Source: Podarcis liolepis
Taxonomy: Eukaryota
Strand: one strand, 5' to 3'
NCBI GenBank assembly: GCA_965112155.1
Contig: OZ218111.1
DNA: 64,000 nt
Shown: one piece after another, positions 24,013 to 39,090 of the stretch
Layout of the letters: each line of letters starts with the position of its first letter
Numbering within the stretch: the first letter of the stretch is position 1
Translations under genes and position numbers: made by a program
Notes under the pieces: generated by a model
Databases searched by the model: none
The model's input: only the letters and a program-made list of their open reading frames with translations
Told to the model about the DNA's origin: nothing

Positions 24013-27000
24013 TATTCAGATTACGGAGAGTGCCTGAGCCCTAGAGCTTAGGAATTCAACCCTCTGCAGGAAGAGGCTTCCAGAAAGGATTCATGTGACA
24101 TTACTGACCCACCATACAGCCATGTCATTGTGGCTCCTATACTCCAGCAAACTATGTTCCTCAGAAGTCACTGTAGGAGGAATTAGTGCAAATCTTATAA
24201 CCTCCTTGGAAGTCGGGCTTCCACCTTCTTATGGCAGGGCTCCCCACATCTTCTGCAGCCACGAAGCAGGCAGAAATTGGTGAACTGTTTCCTGGTCCCT
24301 GCATCTGTGTGCTTCGATAAAGGCTCACACCTGCTGCGATTTCTGCCTGCTAGAGATCGGCCACAAGAAGGGGAGGAGGAGATGGCAACCCTTCTTGGAA
24401 GGCAAAATAAAGCATGGCTTGAGGGGAGGGGAGGAACACACGCTTCCTCTCACTGGTTCCGCCACCACTGCACCCCTTTGTCTTTGAGGGAAGCGGGGAA
24501 GACTGGGCCCTGCAAACAAGCAAGGATTGGGAGCTACTCTAAACCAGAGCCACAGATGCATCCAGGACAACACACAACTTAATTTCCATTTCCCAGCTGA
24601 AAGCTGCCATTTGCAGAGCAAGGGCACGGTGCAGAGGGGCATTTTTATGGTCCCCCAAGTTATTATCACTGTGCTCTCTCTGACTTGCCTGGCACTGGCT
24701 GTGCCCCATACATGGCAACGTTCCACCTTTGAGCAGTCAATGGTGGTGGAGTGTCATTCATGTTCCCTACTTTTTTTGCTTGAAGATGCAATGAGCCCAA
24801 GAGCAGGAGAGGCCAGTGGTGTTGGGGCTGACAACAACTGGCATGTTATCGTATTTCTCCCTGAATATGGAAGTGAAAGGAATGACTGGGAGCAGCCTCA
24901 GCCCAGAGTACATTATCCACAATGTTCCCAGGTGGGCATTTTGATGTCCCAAATCCTGTCCCAGCCTCCCACTTTCCCACTCACCCTCACAGTGCTCCAC
25001 ACGTCAACATGTGCAGACAGGGGTGGGCGGGAGTACAAACGAACTAGGCTCTTGACTGATTGCTTGTACCGGCAGAAAGGCCCTTTCCTAATGGAGGGAT
25101 TGGACTCATTTTATAGAGCAACACAATGGGGAAGACACTGCTGGTGATGAGCCCCCACAGCTTTCCGGGACGCCCTCCTCCCACCCTGTGCCCGAACCAA
25201 TGAAGTTGGCAGGAAGACACCATCCCTGCTACCCTGTGCCTGAGCCCACAAGGTGGACTAGAAACCCTGTCCCTGATACCCTGTTCCCGAGACCCAACTC
25301 CACAGATCTCCATCAAGCTCAGCCCCACACTGGGTCCCCTGAAGGGCAAAAGCCATGTCCTGTCAACCTCAACTATGCATCTGTCCCAAGTGAGTGATGG
25401 TGAGCACGTGTACCACTGGCGATCCATCCAGAATCTTCTTTAAGGGTGATGGCAGAGACCAACCTCTCCCTTACGGAGGGTCCAGAGGCACAACATACTC
25501 CAGATTCCTTCCCAGCATAAGGCTATTCTCCTTGGGTGGGGAAGGAGTGCAGAAATTCCCACTGGGGCATTTCTAAACTCACTTTTCTGGAGGCTAAGCA
25601 TCTGACTGCAAAGCAGAACTGGTGGAGACCAAAAGTGCTAAATTGACCGAGCTGTACATGAAAGGTTTTCGGGTAGCTTTCAAATCAGCGCCAAATTGGA
25701 AGCGCCAGAAGGCACAAGGGGAGGTCAGTCGGTAAAGGGTTCCTTGTTCTCCTCCACCACAGCTGCTGACCCCTGGCTATTCTTCCTTTGGACTGCAGAC
25801 TGCCAGGAAGGGAAATTGGGAGCAACCCTGCTCCTCTGTATCATGTGAGTTGCAGGGACCACAAGTGTGAATGAACTTCCAAGCCCTTCTCAAACACCCA
25901 GGCAGCTGTGTGCCTCCCTTGCAGACTCCCAATCACTTCCTTGCAGCCTACACCCATGTCCCCAAGCCCCACTCCTCCCCACACCAAGTGTCCCCAGCAA
26001 TATATATATATACAGACAAGCCCCTGTACAGATCAAAAATGCCATGATGCTAAACTTAAGCCCCAGGGGCAACATCTCCTGCAATACCCATGTGGGTGGG
26101 TCAAATGGCTTGAAGCCTGCTTGGAAAAATGTGCTTCTCTAGGCTTTGTTACTACACTTGCTCCTCCACACAAGACTGTGGTGCCAGTCTTTCCGAGGGG
26201 CACGGGCGCAGGAAGAGAAGCAAAGAAGGCAGGCAGAGACTCTTATCCCAAACACCACATAAATTTGGCAGCAGGTTCCACGGCTCGTGCTTAAATCAAT
26301 CTTGCAGAAAAATACAAAACAGTAAGAATAACATTTTCATAGCCAGCACTCCCACCATACGTGTTGCAAGACAGCTTGCACATTGAGTCTAGCCTGCCAC
26401 TCGTCCTGCAGAAAAATGGTGCTCACGCTAGGGGAGTAGTTTAACACAGATTTAGCTAGTTTGCCGTTAACAGCACAATGGCTCTGCCATTTTTTTTGTA
26501 CCCCTCTGGCAACCCAGTCTGCAAAACAAAAGACAAAACAAAACTTCACCACCTAGCCAACCCAGTGCTGGAAGGGAGATGGAAGTCCATCTTACAAGTC
26601 ATCACCCCTCCATCTGCCAATGACAATTCCAGACGTGAGAGAGACAGAGACAGGATGGGCCTACATACCCCTCATCCCAGACCCCACCCGACCCCATTGC
26701 AGCAGCCAGCTGACATTTTTAACAGTGGGGTGAGGCACACACACAGACAGACACATTGGCCAGAGGTATATTATTGTTGCAGCAGCCTTAGGATTTTTGG
26801 CGGCTGTGGGAAGGGAAGAGTCCCAGGACCTGGCGCCTGAGAGCATCTGAGCATCGCCTGCACCTGGGGCTGGGACACGTCCCTCTCCAGGGCTGTGACA
26901 TTCCCTTGCTCTCCTAACTTGACAGCAGCTCTGGATAAAGTGCATCATCTGTGGGGAGGCAGGTGGGGAGGGGAGGGAGAGAGGATTTCAAGGGAGGGGG

Positions 27001-27192
27001 AACCTGAGCAGCTCCCTGCCTGACCCCAGGGGATGGGAGGAAAGGCGCTTGGCTTGAGACACCCAGTCTGTCTGTCTGTCCATCCTTCTCAATCCCGATG
27101 GCTCAGTAATGGCGGCTCGGGCAACGCCTGAGACAAGTGGGGCCAGAAAAAAGGCAGAAGCAGAAGAGCGGCAGGGAGGGCGGGGCCATTTG

Positions 27193-27370
27193 TCATAGCG
27201 GCCGGGGCCCATGTAGCCCCGCCACCTCGGGTGTCAGCAGCGGATTGTGCGTCCCCTTGGTCGACATCCAGTCATTCAGAAAGGCCTGGGTGGCTTTGCG
27301 ATGTGCCAGGCGGTGGGTGATGGAGAAACCGGCGTTGCCTTCCAGCTGGGACAGAATCACTAGAACCTGC
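27193..27370 (-). CDS. CAPN15: CAPN15 last coding exon (11)
   Basis: [58 protein letters not shown], the typical CAPN15 C-terminus. AG at 27371-27372, TGA at 27195-27193. The 11 exons sum to 3252 nt = 1083 aa + stop. Confidence 0.96.
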
Positions 27371-28262
27371 CTGGAAGAAAACAAAAGGAAAGGAGATAGA
27401 CAGGTCAGTGAAAGAGAGAGGGAAATAGTGCTAATCCTCACCCGCGCGAATCTACAGCCACAAAGGAAGGCCCAAGAGCAATGGTAGGAATACAATTCAG
27501 ATTGGGCAATCGCCCCCTGGCTTTCCAAGTAGCCCTTTCATCATGCAGGAAGGTCTCAGATTCCCCAAAGGCTTCCAATACACAAACACTCTCTGGGATC
27601 AACGTTCTGGCCTGGTGCAGACTTAACATTACAGATCTCTTAACCAGGTGAAGAGCAGAGGTGTGAAACTTCCAGCACACAGGTCAAATGTGGCCCACCA
27701 GGCCTCACCATCTGGCCTACAGTCATTTGGGAGAGGCAATGCCCATCCAGCCTACAAATGATATCCTCCAGCCATTGTTTTTGTTCTTATATTTATTGTG
27801 TATTTTGTGTTTTTGATATCTATGGATGAAGGGCAGTATACAAAATTAATAAATCATCAAAGGACCAATTGGGAGCTTAAGGCGAGATGGACGAAGGCAT
27901 GCTCCAATTGCCCATCAGATGATGGGTGGTGTGGGTGTGCCTTGCTTCAGAAAGGGGAAGAGGTTTCTATTGAAATTACTGTCCAAATCAGGATGCGGTG
28001 GAGTCTCCATTTTAGCAGTGGTTTCAGTGGGATCTACTTCTCCCTCCCAGTGCTGCCCCTTGAACTTCTCAAAACTGGAGGTTGAAAAACAATGAAGGCA
28101 CCTGGACTTGTCAGTTGAGGAGAGAGGGTGGCCCTCCTCCTTACATTCTACAAGGTGGCAAACTGCTTCATCCCCCCCCCCCCAATGTGGCAATTCTGCA
28201 ACTTAAGCACACCAACGGGAAATTAAGTCTAGTTCTCTCAGCCCCCCGCTAACTCCCTCTCA

Positions 28263-28463
<201 letters not shown>

Positions 28464-29353
28464 TCAGTCTCGGCCCCAGACCAGCGAATCCTGCCTGCCT
28501 CCACCTCACCACCCACATGGCAATACAGAGTCCCAACCTCCAACACTCGGGGCCCATGCTCACTCCAACTCCTTGGAAGATGCACGTTCCCAGGAGCGCA
28601 TGCGCAGCTGCAGGTGCTTGGCTGCTTTCCAGAGAGAACATCCACATACAAAACCCACCCATCCAACTAACAGCAGGACACCTGCCTGCAGAAAGCTGTA
28701 GGATTTTATGTAGCTTAGTAAACTAGGAATTAAGGAACTCTAACCTCACATCTGCTATGGACTCTGTAGGTGGTCTTAAACAAGCCACCGAGTCTGTTTT
28801 GCACCCCAAGTGTTTTGCCTTGGAGTCTGATAACACCTCTTGCTTTTCTGGAGGGAGGATAGAGAGGGGTGTGGGAGTACCGGGGACAGTTTGCATTTGC
28901 TGCTCCACCCACTATTTACTCTGACCCCGCCCACCACTGGCATGCGGCCCTTGGGAGATTGCTCAGAAAGGAATGTGGCCCACAGGTTGAAAAAAGGTTC
29001 CCTAGCCCTTACATGTACAGTACTGAGACAGTGCGTGTGAAGCAAGTTTGAACACTTTAAAGCGCTCCATAAATGTTTAAGCATCACGGCCACCGTTTTC
29101 CCAGTAGGAAGGCTCTTAGGCAGCTGGGGTGGGGAAAAAAATCTGCTGCAAACCCTGGAGAGCTGCTGCCTGTCAGAACAGATACCAGCCTTCTCCAACC
29201 TGGTGTTCTCCCAGCCTTCTAGATGTTGCTGGGAGTTGTTGTCCAGCCCTCAATCCCTCACTGCCCTCTGATGGTAGTCAATATGCTGATAGTGAGAAGC
29301 AGGAAAGAACAGACTCTCTGAAGCAGCCGGGTGGGGCTGGTGCCTGCACGTAC

Positions 29354-29520
29354 CTCGTGCCGTTCGCCCTTGTTCTCGGTGAGAAGAATGATGGCATCTG
29401 CCAATGTGGTGGACTGAGCCTCAATCTGTTCCACCATCACCAAGCGGGAGCTGTAGATGGCCAGGATGTAGCTGGAGATGTCAGCAGCTGGGCATGCACT
29501 GCCAGTAGTAGGGCTGGAAA
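29354..29520 (-). CDS. CAPN15: CAPN15 coding exon 9
   Basis: (V)[57 protein letters not shown] at 29521-29522, GT at 29353. 167 nt. Confidence 0.93.
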
Positions 29521-30333
29521 CTGGTAGAGGTCGAAATAAGCAAGTGAGGCAGCATCAGGCTGCAGGGCCCCCTGTCCACAAGGGAGTCCCCACCCCCAAG
29601 AATCCCTACCCATCCTGCCATGTGGCCTTTCCCTCACTCAAGCATTTCCAGATGCCAGCTTAGGAACATGAACTGCCTTCCTGATTGCATTACAGGTCTG
29701 GTACTTAGTCTCCAACACAAGACAAGACTTGCATTCTTGAAAGGAAGTACAGAACTGTGCAATAGTAAAAAGGAGAAAAGTACAGAAAAGGCCATCTAGA
29801 GAAGCCCCCGCCTTCCCAAGTGTAAAATAAACCGGTCCCCGCCCCTTACACACAGGGGCATTCAGAGAACTTGGACGACAAGCTTCAAATCACTACATAC
29901 ATTGTTGGTATTGTCTACTCAGAAGGAAGTCCTACTGAGTTCAATGGGGCTTTCTCCTAAGTGATTGGGGTTAGGACTGCAATCTGCAAGAAGCCAATGT
30001 TTAAGCAATGAAGGCAAATTTCAACTGAGAATTAAGGCTGGGGAAGGGAACCTTCCCCAAATGGGACTCCCAACTCTCATCCGTCCCCCCAACAGGATAG
30101 CCAATGGTCAAGAATGAAGGGAGTTTCGGTCCCAGCAAATTCTGGAGGATCACAGGCTCCTTCGTTGCCTGAAGCTGTTCTGAAAACACAGGTGGCTTTT
30201 TCTTCAAACAGTGACCCCCCCCCCATTTTTTTAAATCCTCCTCCCAAGCTCTCAGCAGGCAACCCTATTGCTGGAACTGGCAGCCCCACTGCCCGAGAGG
30301 AGTCAGAAGTAGACTCTGCCACACAACACTTAC

Positions 30334-30563
30334 CTTGGCTTGAGGAGGTGCCTGTCACTGGGGTAGTCCAGTGGTTGAAGGCACAGCACACCACAGCATA
30401 CTCGCCCGGCTCCAGCATGACATCACAGTTGACAAACTTCTTGACTGCCCGCTTGCTGTGTGCCATCAGGCGGCCCAGGCTGAGCTTGCTGCCATTGATG
30501 AAGGTGGCTCGGAAGACCATGATGCAAAGGTCCAGCAAGTGGCTGTCCACTGTGTCTGAGCGC
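30334..30563 (-). CDS. CAPN15: CAPN15 coding exon 8 (SOL-homology region)
   Basis: [21 protein letters not shown]...[45 protein letters not shown] at 30564-30565, GTAAG at 30333. 230 nt. Confidence 0.95.
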
Positions 30564-31991
30564 CTGCCAAGGGAAAGGAGGGAAGGGGCCATGGCTCAGT
30601 GGGAAAGCATGCAGGAAGTGCCAGGTCCAATCTCTGGTGGGGCTGGGAATCAGTCTGTGGGAAACTGCAGCTAGTTGCTGTAGACCACATTGAATTGGAT
30701 GGGCCAATTGCTAGACTCCTGGTGTAAAGGAGTTCCCTACATTCTTGTGAAGTGCAGTGGAGTCAGAAGTCACTGCACAACCTGCTGTACCCCACTCTCT
30801 TTTACCAAATAGGATAACACAAACAATATGGGGTGGGGGGCAAAAATATGGGTCATGCCAGACTGCTGTCTTGGTAATAGTGGCTTGCAGCAGTGGCCTC
30901 ACCACCATTTCCATTGTTTCTTTTTTTAGAGTTTCTGTCTTCAGTGAAACATAGAATTGTAGATTTGGAAGGGACCTCAAGGGTGATCTACTGCAGAGAG
31001 AGAAGGATCCAAGGCAAAAGGAGGGTAGCCCTTCTGCTCCTTTAATAGCTGATGAAAACCTAGCTTCAATGACACCCTGAGCAACAAGCTGCATCTGTTG
31101 CACAACTACAGACAGAGCCCAGCCTGAAACCCTGGAGGGCTACTGCCAGTCAGTGTAGACAGCACTAAGCTAGATGGATCAATGGTGTAAACTTTGTAAG
31201 AGGCAGCTTCATATGCTTCCTAGGTACAAGGGTCCTGCTTTCTGCTACACATCTGGCCACCCTAGAGAAAAAAGCAGGCAGATGAGCATGTTAAAAAAAC
31301 CCCAACATCCCATTACTGGGTCCTGTGGTGAAGTTTGCAGCAGTTAAAAGTGGTTTCTGAGTCTGAAAATCACAGAAACTAATGACTAAAAAAATGCCTG
31401 TCACTATGAGGGAGGGATAGATGAGAGAAGAGGACTTGTCTATTGTAAGGACTCACAGGGGAGAGGGGCAGTGAATGTCTATACATATATAAACACCACA
31501 CCTTTTAATGAGGGCCAGTGTCATGGCTTGAGGACCAGATTTTCTCGGCAGTGCTTTGCCTTCCTGATAAGTATTAAGTGGCAGCCTTTCACTGATATAG
31601 AAGGAAAGGGATGTTCTCAGGGCCAATCATTACGGCAGGGGCTAAACCTGTTCCATTGAGAAACAATAATGCCCCTATCTGTGTAGCCACAGTTATCCCA
31701 TCTAGATAGCTGCAACCTTCATTCTGTTCCTTAGTCATGTTAGAGCAGGAAGAATGGCAGGAAATGGCTTTTATGTTGAGAGAGGATAGCAGTGCCACCA
31801 CCATCATGCTATGTGTCAGCTCAATAGCACAGTTGAGCTGGAACTGGAGATGGGATTAACAAGAGGGGTCAATGCACAAGTGACAATTGCCAAGACGCAA
31901 TGCCAGTTCTAGAGTAATTAGGGTGATGTAAACAGTGTGCAAGAGCCTTGAATCTTTCTCAGTGGCTGATGAGTGTGATCTGCGACCTCAC

Positions 31992-32153
31992 CTGCTGCCT
32001 TCCTGGAAAAGGGCGAACTCCAAAGTTGCACGCTCCAGCACAGTCAGTGAGGTGACGGTAATGGGTCCACTGGCTTTGTTGGGAAAGGTGCCCTGCACAC
32101 GAACCTCATGCCAGTCTGAATGGAGCTTGCAGATGTCCACTGAGTCGAAATAC
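31992..32153 (-). CDS. CAPN15: CAPN15 coding exon 7
   Basis: Hand-translated [53 protein letters not shown](R). AG at 32154-32155, GTGAG at 31991. 162 nt. Confidence 0.95.
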
Positions 32154-33338
32154 CTGGGCAAGGGAATAGGCAGTTGTCAACCCCGGAAGCAGCTGTAGCC
32201 AAGATCAGACGAGTCTCTTTTAGACAGCAATCAAGGCACCCCTATAAAATCTTCATTGGTAATGGCACAGTTTCTTGGGGGTGGCGAAAGGAGGACCACC
32301 TTTTTGTGGAAGAGACAGCTGTGTTGCTGTCCATCTTTCTCTTCCCTCTACACTAGGGTGGCAAACCTTTTCTAACCTGAGGACCAAGGGCAGAATGCAA
32401 AAGGGGGTAGTGCCACTCTCATAACCAGCACAGACAAAGCTCCTAGTGTAGAGGAGCACCTCAACCAATAAGTGCCAATCAGCTGGAGGATGGAGGGAGC
32501 ATTTTTCTCTCATCGTAGCATGAACTGAAAGATTCTCCTCTCCTTCCAGGAATGTGCAGTAACATACTTTGCAATGGCCTTCCTGACACTGCAAAAATTG
32601 CCTCTTTGTTCTCTTGCCTGCCACTCCTGCTAACAGGTCGAGAGCGCTCTGGAAAACTGGAAGGAGTGATTCTTCCTGTTCCCAGAGTACTTCCACCTGC
32701 TTGCAATGAAGCACTCAGGGGTTCCCACATTCAGCGCCATAGTTGTAAATTTTGCCGGGAGCTTGAGGCCCACATTAAATGGCTTGGCGTGCCTGATTCT
32801 GGTCTCACACTTTTAAAATATTCTAGTTTTCTGTGAGCTCCATCACAATAGAGGGAGAATGCACAGCCCCCAAAGAACTGGAAGCAAATTCAAATTAACA
32901 ACTCATGAGAAGGACAGAGGATTCAGAGCAGCAATGCTATTTTACCATTGGGTGTTGTGCTGTTTTTTAAATGGAGAGGAGCAGCAGTTCTTGTTTCTCC
33001 CTAACAAGCCATGATCAGCAAGCTAACAATAAACCATGGCTTAAAACTGGCTGGCCATCCTGACTTGTTAGGGAGAAGCAAACCACAAACCCTGGTTCAG
33101 AAGGAAGAGGTTGGTTTGTCCCATTCGCACCAGGGAAGGAGCAAAGTGGGAGTGAATGAGCAGTGCGTATGAGCACTCTGCCTGTACACAGTAAAGCATG
33201 GTAAGTCAGCAGTACATGTGTCTGTGCCTTAGATCTGCATCAGAACAAGGAGGTCACATTCCAGCCAAATCCAAGCTTCTAAAGGCAGCAGAGCAAGGAC
33301 CCAGAGACACAGGACAGTCTGTGCAATTTTGGCAGTAC

Positions 33339-33491
33339 CTGATGAAGTCACTGTACTCCATCCAGAAGACCCCTTCACTGCTCCCGTGGGGCATCAGCTC
33401 ATGCCGCAAGTGTGCCGGCCAGTGGGGCCATTCGTCAGACCAGCTACCGTTCCAGGAGAAGCGGCCCCAGGGGTTACGGAGTCGCAGGAGC
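33339..33491 (-). CDS. CAPN15: CAPN15 coding exon 6 (catalytic Asn)
   Basis: Hand-translated (R)[50 protein letters not shown](R). AG at 33492-33493, GT at 33338. 153 nt. Confidence 0.95.
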
Positions 33492-35204
33492 CTGAAAGAA
33501 GCAGCAAGACAGAACTGAACTTAAGCTTCTTTATTCAAGTTATGAAGTTCTACTCTGCCTGCTCTTAAAAAAAGAAACCCTAAAGAGGGCTTACAACAGA
33601 GCAACATTCGTCAATAGCCACAAAAGAGACATTTCTTCCAGAACAACAGAATCAGATGAATCAGGAAGTTAAATTGCTTAAAGTATGCAGGGATATAAAC
33701 GGTTTTTATGAAGGGTGGAACCAGACTAAAAGATTTTAGAATGAGTTAATTATTTTAGTTTCAGTTGATGAATCAATGATCAATCAATCGAATCTGAATG
33801 TGTGTCAAAACATTATATCTAGTGGACTTTATATTACATTATAGTAGTGGACTTCATTTTTAGATTATGCATACATGTGCTGAAAGAGGCATCATCCTAG
33901 AAAAGCCATTCTCGCTTTAAAACAAATACAAATGTCATCTGCATTTATAGTAAGAACTTCTAATTTGTTTTTTGCCTGCCCAATTAATTGGGAACCTGCT
34001 CAACCAACCCAGAATTTTTAAATGGATGAATCTAACAAATCAACCAACTAAGTTTGCAAACCTAGTTAGATTACATTTCCTGAAAATAACAAAGGGTGGG
34101 CTTTGACACCATTCTTTTGGGAAGAAGAGAGATCACCCAACACAGCTTTGGGCTTCTGTTTGATTAAGACGTGATGCAAAGAACAACAACCTTTTAACTG
34201 ACACACAAATACACACAGGTCAGCAGAGGAGTGAAAAAAGAACCTGTCCCTGCTTTGAGGTCTAGTCAGTATGTCAGGCATAGATGGATGGTGGCTCCTG
34301 GGGCAGAGCTTCCTCCTGGAGACAGAAGGTGGGATGAGCACATATTGGGAGAGGTGCTCATTCCCCAAGGCTTGATGAGCCCAGGGAAGTGGTCTGTTTT
34401 GAACTTTATAAACCCAGAAGCAATTTTAACCCCAATCTCCAACGATTCCTTAAATCATTTCCTGCCCATGCTCATCTCTCTCACTCTCAGATGGCCAGAC
34501 ACAAAGGTCCAGCAGACTGTGTTATGTCTCATTACAGTTGCCAAGACTGAGAAAGAAAACACACTTTGCAATCTGGAAATTCTGAGGCCCTTTCACCTCT
34601 TTGCCTACCTCTCAAAATGATTTCACCCTGGGGAGGCAGGCAAAGAGCTAGGTAGGAGCACCAAAGTACCACTCTCAACACACCCTAAGCACTCTGCTTT
34701 GCCGTGCAATTTTTACTGAGAAAATGTTTTGGTCTTTGCAAGAGTCATGAATTGGCTCCAGTGGGATAAAATCAAAATTGCAGAATTCATCAACAAACAA
34801 TGATGCAGTATCTTGGGGAAGTTGTAATAGTATCTTACCCTACATTAAACTCCCGGCTCTTTTCTGGGAAATAGATCTGCAATATTCTTTAGCTCTCATA
34901 CCTGCATCTTTCCTTAGTGTATCTCCATACGGCCTTACAGTGATGTTATGTGGGCAGATAGTTGAAGTGAACAACAATCCACGAGTCAACATTTTAAATC
35001 AGATGTGGTGAACCTTTGGTCCTCCAGATGTTGCTGAACTACAACTCCCATCATTCCTGGACACTGGCCGTGCTTTCTGGGGCTGATACGAGTTTTAGTT
35101 AAGCAACATCCGGAAGAACAAAGGTTCCTGCCACTTGCTTTAAACCAAACAAGCAGCCTGCCTAATTAGCCAAGAGCCAGCAATCTTTTCTCGGCCATTT
35201 TTAC

Positions 35205-35330
35205 CTGCACCCTTGCACATCTCGGACATCCAATATGGAATACGCATGCCGTGGACGAAGGCCCATGCTTTCGTAGGCTGCATCATCCACCTTCATGTTG
35301 CCCCCTCCACAGGATGCACCCATCAGAAAG
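35205..35330 (-). CDS. CAPN15: CAPN15 coding exon 5 (catalytic His)
   Basis: Hand-translated [41 protein letters not shown](R); not in the ORF track. AG at 35331-35332, GT at 35204. 126 nt. Confidence 0.95.
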
Positions 35331-36936
35331 CTGAAGGATGGGAAATAAAAGGGAGTGGGGAAGGGATAAGAGAAACACAAGGTTTACACTACCTGGCTTA
35401 GCATCAGGAGTCAATGGGAGGATAACTGGGGAGCTAAAGTTATCTTAAGGTATGTATCATCCCACATTTTGCATAAGCTGGAGAGGTTGTTAATGGCCTG
35501 CAGAAATACAAAGCTAGTCTGCCATCAGGCTAAGGGAGGTACGACCACTATCACTACAAGATGCAGGGACTGCAGATGCAGGAATTGCTTGGGCTTTTTA
35601 GGGCTGGTCTACACATACTGCAAAATGAGATGGCACAATCCTGGCATGGCAGAGTGGACTGTACCAGACTGCAAGGGGAAGAGGGTGCCATTTCTTAACA
35701 ATCCCTTGTTGTGGAAAAACTCCCTGCAAATAATTTATTTTGAGGGGTGGGCAGGAAACAGCATGCCGGGCTAAAATATTCTAATCCACTCCTTGCTGTG
35801 CTATTTTTCTGCTTGTAGAAGGTTTCCTTTACACACAGAAGCAATCAGAAATATGATCCTGTACCTATAGCCTGATGTAGGGCAATATTTTTTACCACTT
35901 GATTCTGTTGCTTGTGTAGACTAGGCCTAAGTTTCTGATTATAGTATAATGATATAAATATGAGATTGGGCTTGACTTTCTAGGTTAATTCCTGGTTTGT
36001 TTCATATCAGTAGTAAGGAGGGACTTTGGCAAACATGCCTTGCAGCTGATGCTTTACAGTGCTGCTAAAAGCTGGTAGCAAAAGCCTCCTTGCAGGAATG
36101 CCCAGTTCCCAACTGTGCACGTGACACCACTTTTGAGCCGCTTACACTCAGTTGTCCAGCCTCCTGCTCCCCATGCAATGACTACATGCAATATAACCCT
36201 CACCCACCTTCCTGCCACGCTCCTCCTCTGCCTTGCAGTAATTGCTCAGCCTTGCACTCTTGGCAGGTGGAGCAAAGTGGGGAGGCGGCCTATATTCAGC
36301 AGCTGTTGCATGCAGAAGAGTATTGAACACAGGCAGGCAAAGCTGTGAATGGAAGGAGTTCTAACATTCGTATCCTACTGGGTGGGGGCTTTAACGGTAT
36401 GATCTTTTAACAGGGGCTCTGAATTAGGTCACATCCACACCATACATTTAAAGCACATGGCCTCCCCTCCCCCCCCCCCAAAAAAATCCTGGGAACTCAA
36501 CTGCTCCAGCTGAGAATTCAATAGTCCATGCAGCAGAAGCACAGAACAGAACAGCTTGGGGCTTCTCTTTTCTCTTGGGCTGACGGCACAGGCTGCACCT
36601 AGCTCTGAGTGTTCATGGGCATTTTGGACCAATACAGAAAGCATCCCATGACGCTAGCCTCTCCAAGGCAGCTCACTAGAGCAGTGCATTCTCAGATTTG
36701 CAGTCTATCTGCTGTTCCAGCTTACTAAGGATGAGGGTAGCCAAGGGGTGCATTTTACAGCAACAGGCCTCACTGGCCCGCCTTAGCTCTCTATCTTTGC
36801 TAGAGCCACAGCAGTAAGCTCAATGCAATTCCACTTTTCCCTTGGTCTAGATGCGGCCCGACCGGCCGCAGATGCCAAATCAGTCTTTATGCTCCTCACA
36901 GCTGAAGGGGAAAGCCCTCCCTCCTGCCTCGTCTTA

Positions 36937-37254
<318 letters not shown>

Positions 37255-38046
37255 TTAATTGCATTTAAATACATTTGCATGTTACAGATGGGCTAAGGGT
37301 GACCTTATCCGCCTACAGCACAAGCGTTAACAAAGGGTGGACACCCTTGGCAAGAGTTGTGTGTACTCTGCATGTAATTAAATGAAAACTCCGAGCCCAG
37401 GCAATCCAAGATCTATGCCAAGGAAAAGTGGATTTTGCAACTATATAAATTATGCAAACTGAGTGCAAATGCATAACTTATTCTGCTTTTTCAATGTTAT
37501 AATCATAATACAGTCTGACATTGTTAAGTCATAGGAAGAGTAAGGAGACTTCAGCCATGTCGCTCAAACCCTTAAAATCGTATTCAGTCCTCTCTGTGGC
37601 TCCTGAAATTTCAGTGTGTATTGTCCAAATATTTTTTGAGCCTTCTTGTGCAGGATAAGAACTAGAAACCTTTTTAAAAAGCAAAATGAAATCGAAGCTG
37701 AAATTCTCAGGAAGCTAAATTCTGCACCCACCAGCACATATTCACTCTCGTAAACCACATTATGAATTCAGCCCTCTCCTTGTTCTAGACCAGATGGTCA
37801 ATCTGTGGCCCTCCAGATGTTGTTGGACTACAACTCCCATCAACCCCAGCCATTCCCAGTCAAACAACATCTGGAGGGCTGCAGGTTTCCCATCTAAATG
37901 AACTTCTAAGCAGGAGACCCCATGCAGAGTCTTTTACAGGACACATAGGACAGCATCTCTCAGTTTGCTATAAAAGAGACACTTTCACACAACTCTGTTC
38001 CCAACCTCTGGCATATCCCCCTCTGTGGTTAGTGCTGGCCATATCA

Positions 38047-38292
<246 letters not shown>

Positions 38293-38334
38293 TCACCAGC
38301 AAGTCAATGACCACATTCAGATATCAATCTAGAC

Positions 38335-38471
38335 CAGGCATAGGCAAACTCGGCCCTCCAGATATTTTGGGACTACAGCTCCCATCATCCCTAGCTAACA
38401 GGACCAGTGGTGATGGGATGATGGGAACTGTAGTCTCAAAACCTCTGGAGGGCCGAGTTTGCCTATGTCTG
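38335..38471. mobile_element. hAT-type MITE (same family as 9334-9464; further degenerate copies near 3410, 6140, 11980, 35000, 37790, 40140, 40410 and 41735)
   Basis: TIRs CAGGCATAGGCAAACTCGGCCCTCCAGA / TCTGGAGGGCCGAGTTTGCCTATGTCTG; imperfect 8-bp TSD ATCTAGAC / ATCTATGC. Confidence 0.8.
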
Positions 38472-38699
38472 ATCTATGCTATGGTTTCATGAGATGTGCC
38501 TAGTCTCCTTCTGAACTCACACACTCTCCTCCTCTCCTTCTGTATGGGACTCACTCCTGCTTTCAGTTAACTGTAGCTTCCTGTGTCATCTGAAGCAAGA
38601 ACTGTACTTAACATTTGTATTATTAACAACAGATAATAGCAATCTACAAGGCCCAGGAGGGGCAATTAATTATGCTTCAAAGTGAGAAGCTGACTTGCA

Positions 38700-38974
38700 C
38701 TATCATTCACTCGATGGTTTTTGGAGGTATTTTCATCATACAAGATAAGAATTATACTTTCTTTTCCAAGAAAAATCAAATATATTCAGTGGTGGATTAT
38801 ATTATTACTTCTCCAGGTATTATTAAAGACTGTAGAGAAATAAAGAATGTTTCAATTTTGTATGCAGATCATGCACCAGTGAAATTTGAGTGGCTCTATT
38901 TTACAAATACTCAGATTGGAAGTTACATAATTTGATCGTACAAAATAAAGAAACTGCAGACAAGCTGAGACAGC

Positions 38975-38975
<1 letters not shown>
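38700..38975 (+). mobile_element. Old L1 ORF2 endonuclease-domain fragment, interrupted by the PLE palindrome
   Basis: Translation NYTFFSKKNQIYSVVDYII...YADHAPVKFEW matches the L1 APE motifs YTFFS..YSRIDY...SDH. Similar A-rich sequence appears to resume after 39841. Confidence 0.7.
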
Positions 38976-39005
<30 letters not shown>

Positions 39006-39056
39006 GGTTTTGGTGTCCTCGGGTGTCTTCCCGTGTAAAAGTTGGGGTGTCTAGGC

Positions 39057-39090
39057 GACGTTTCGACGAGGTCTCACTCGTCATCTTCAG
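39057..39090 (-). ncRNA. Second hammerhead-like motif (inverted copy, sense relative to CAPN15 pre-mRNA)
   Basis: Exact reverse complement of 39671-39704. Confidence 0.65.

Larger units (their letters stand above)
22835..27192 (-). other. CAPN15: Probable CAPN15 3' UTR (~4.3 kb)
   Basis: Repeat-poor stretch after the stop codon, ending at minus-strand AATAAA (22855-22860) followed by a U/GU-rich tract (ttttgttttttaattgtctgtcttgc). Pumilio-type TGTAHATA motifs at 22981-22988 and 26007-26014. Confidence 0.6.

Noticed and set aside
24527-25147. 206-aa + strand ORF
   Set aside because: Antisense to the probable CAPN15 3' UTR, TTG start, no motifs or splice support.
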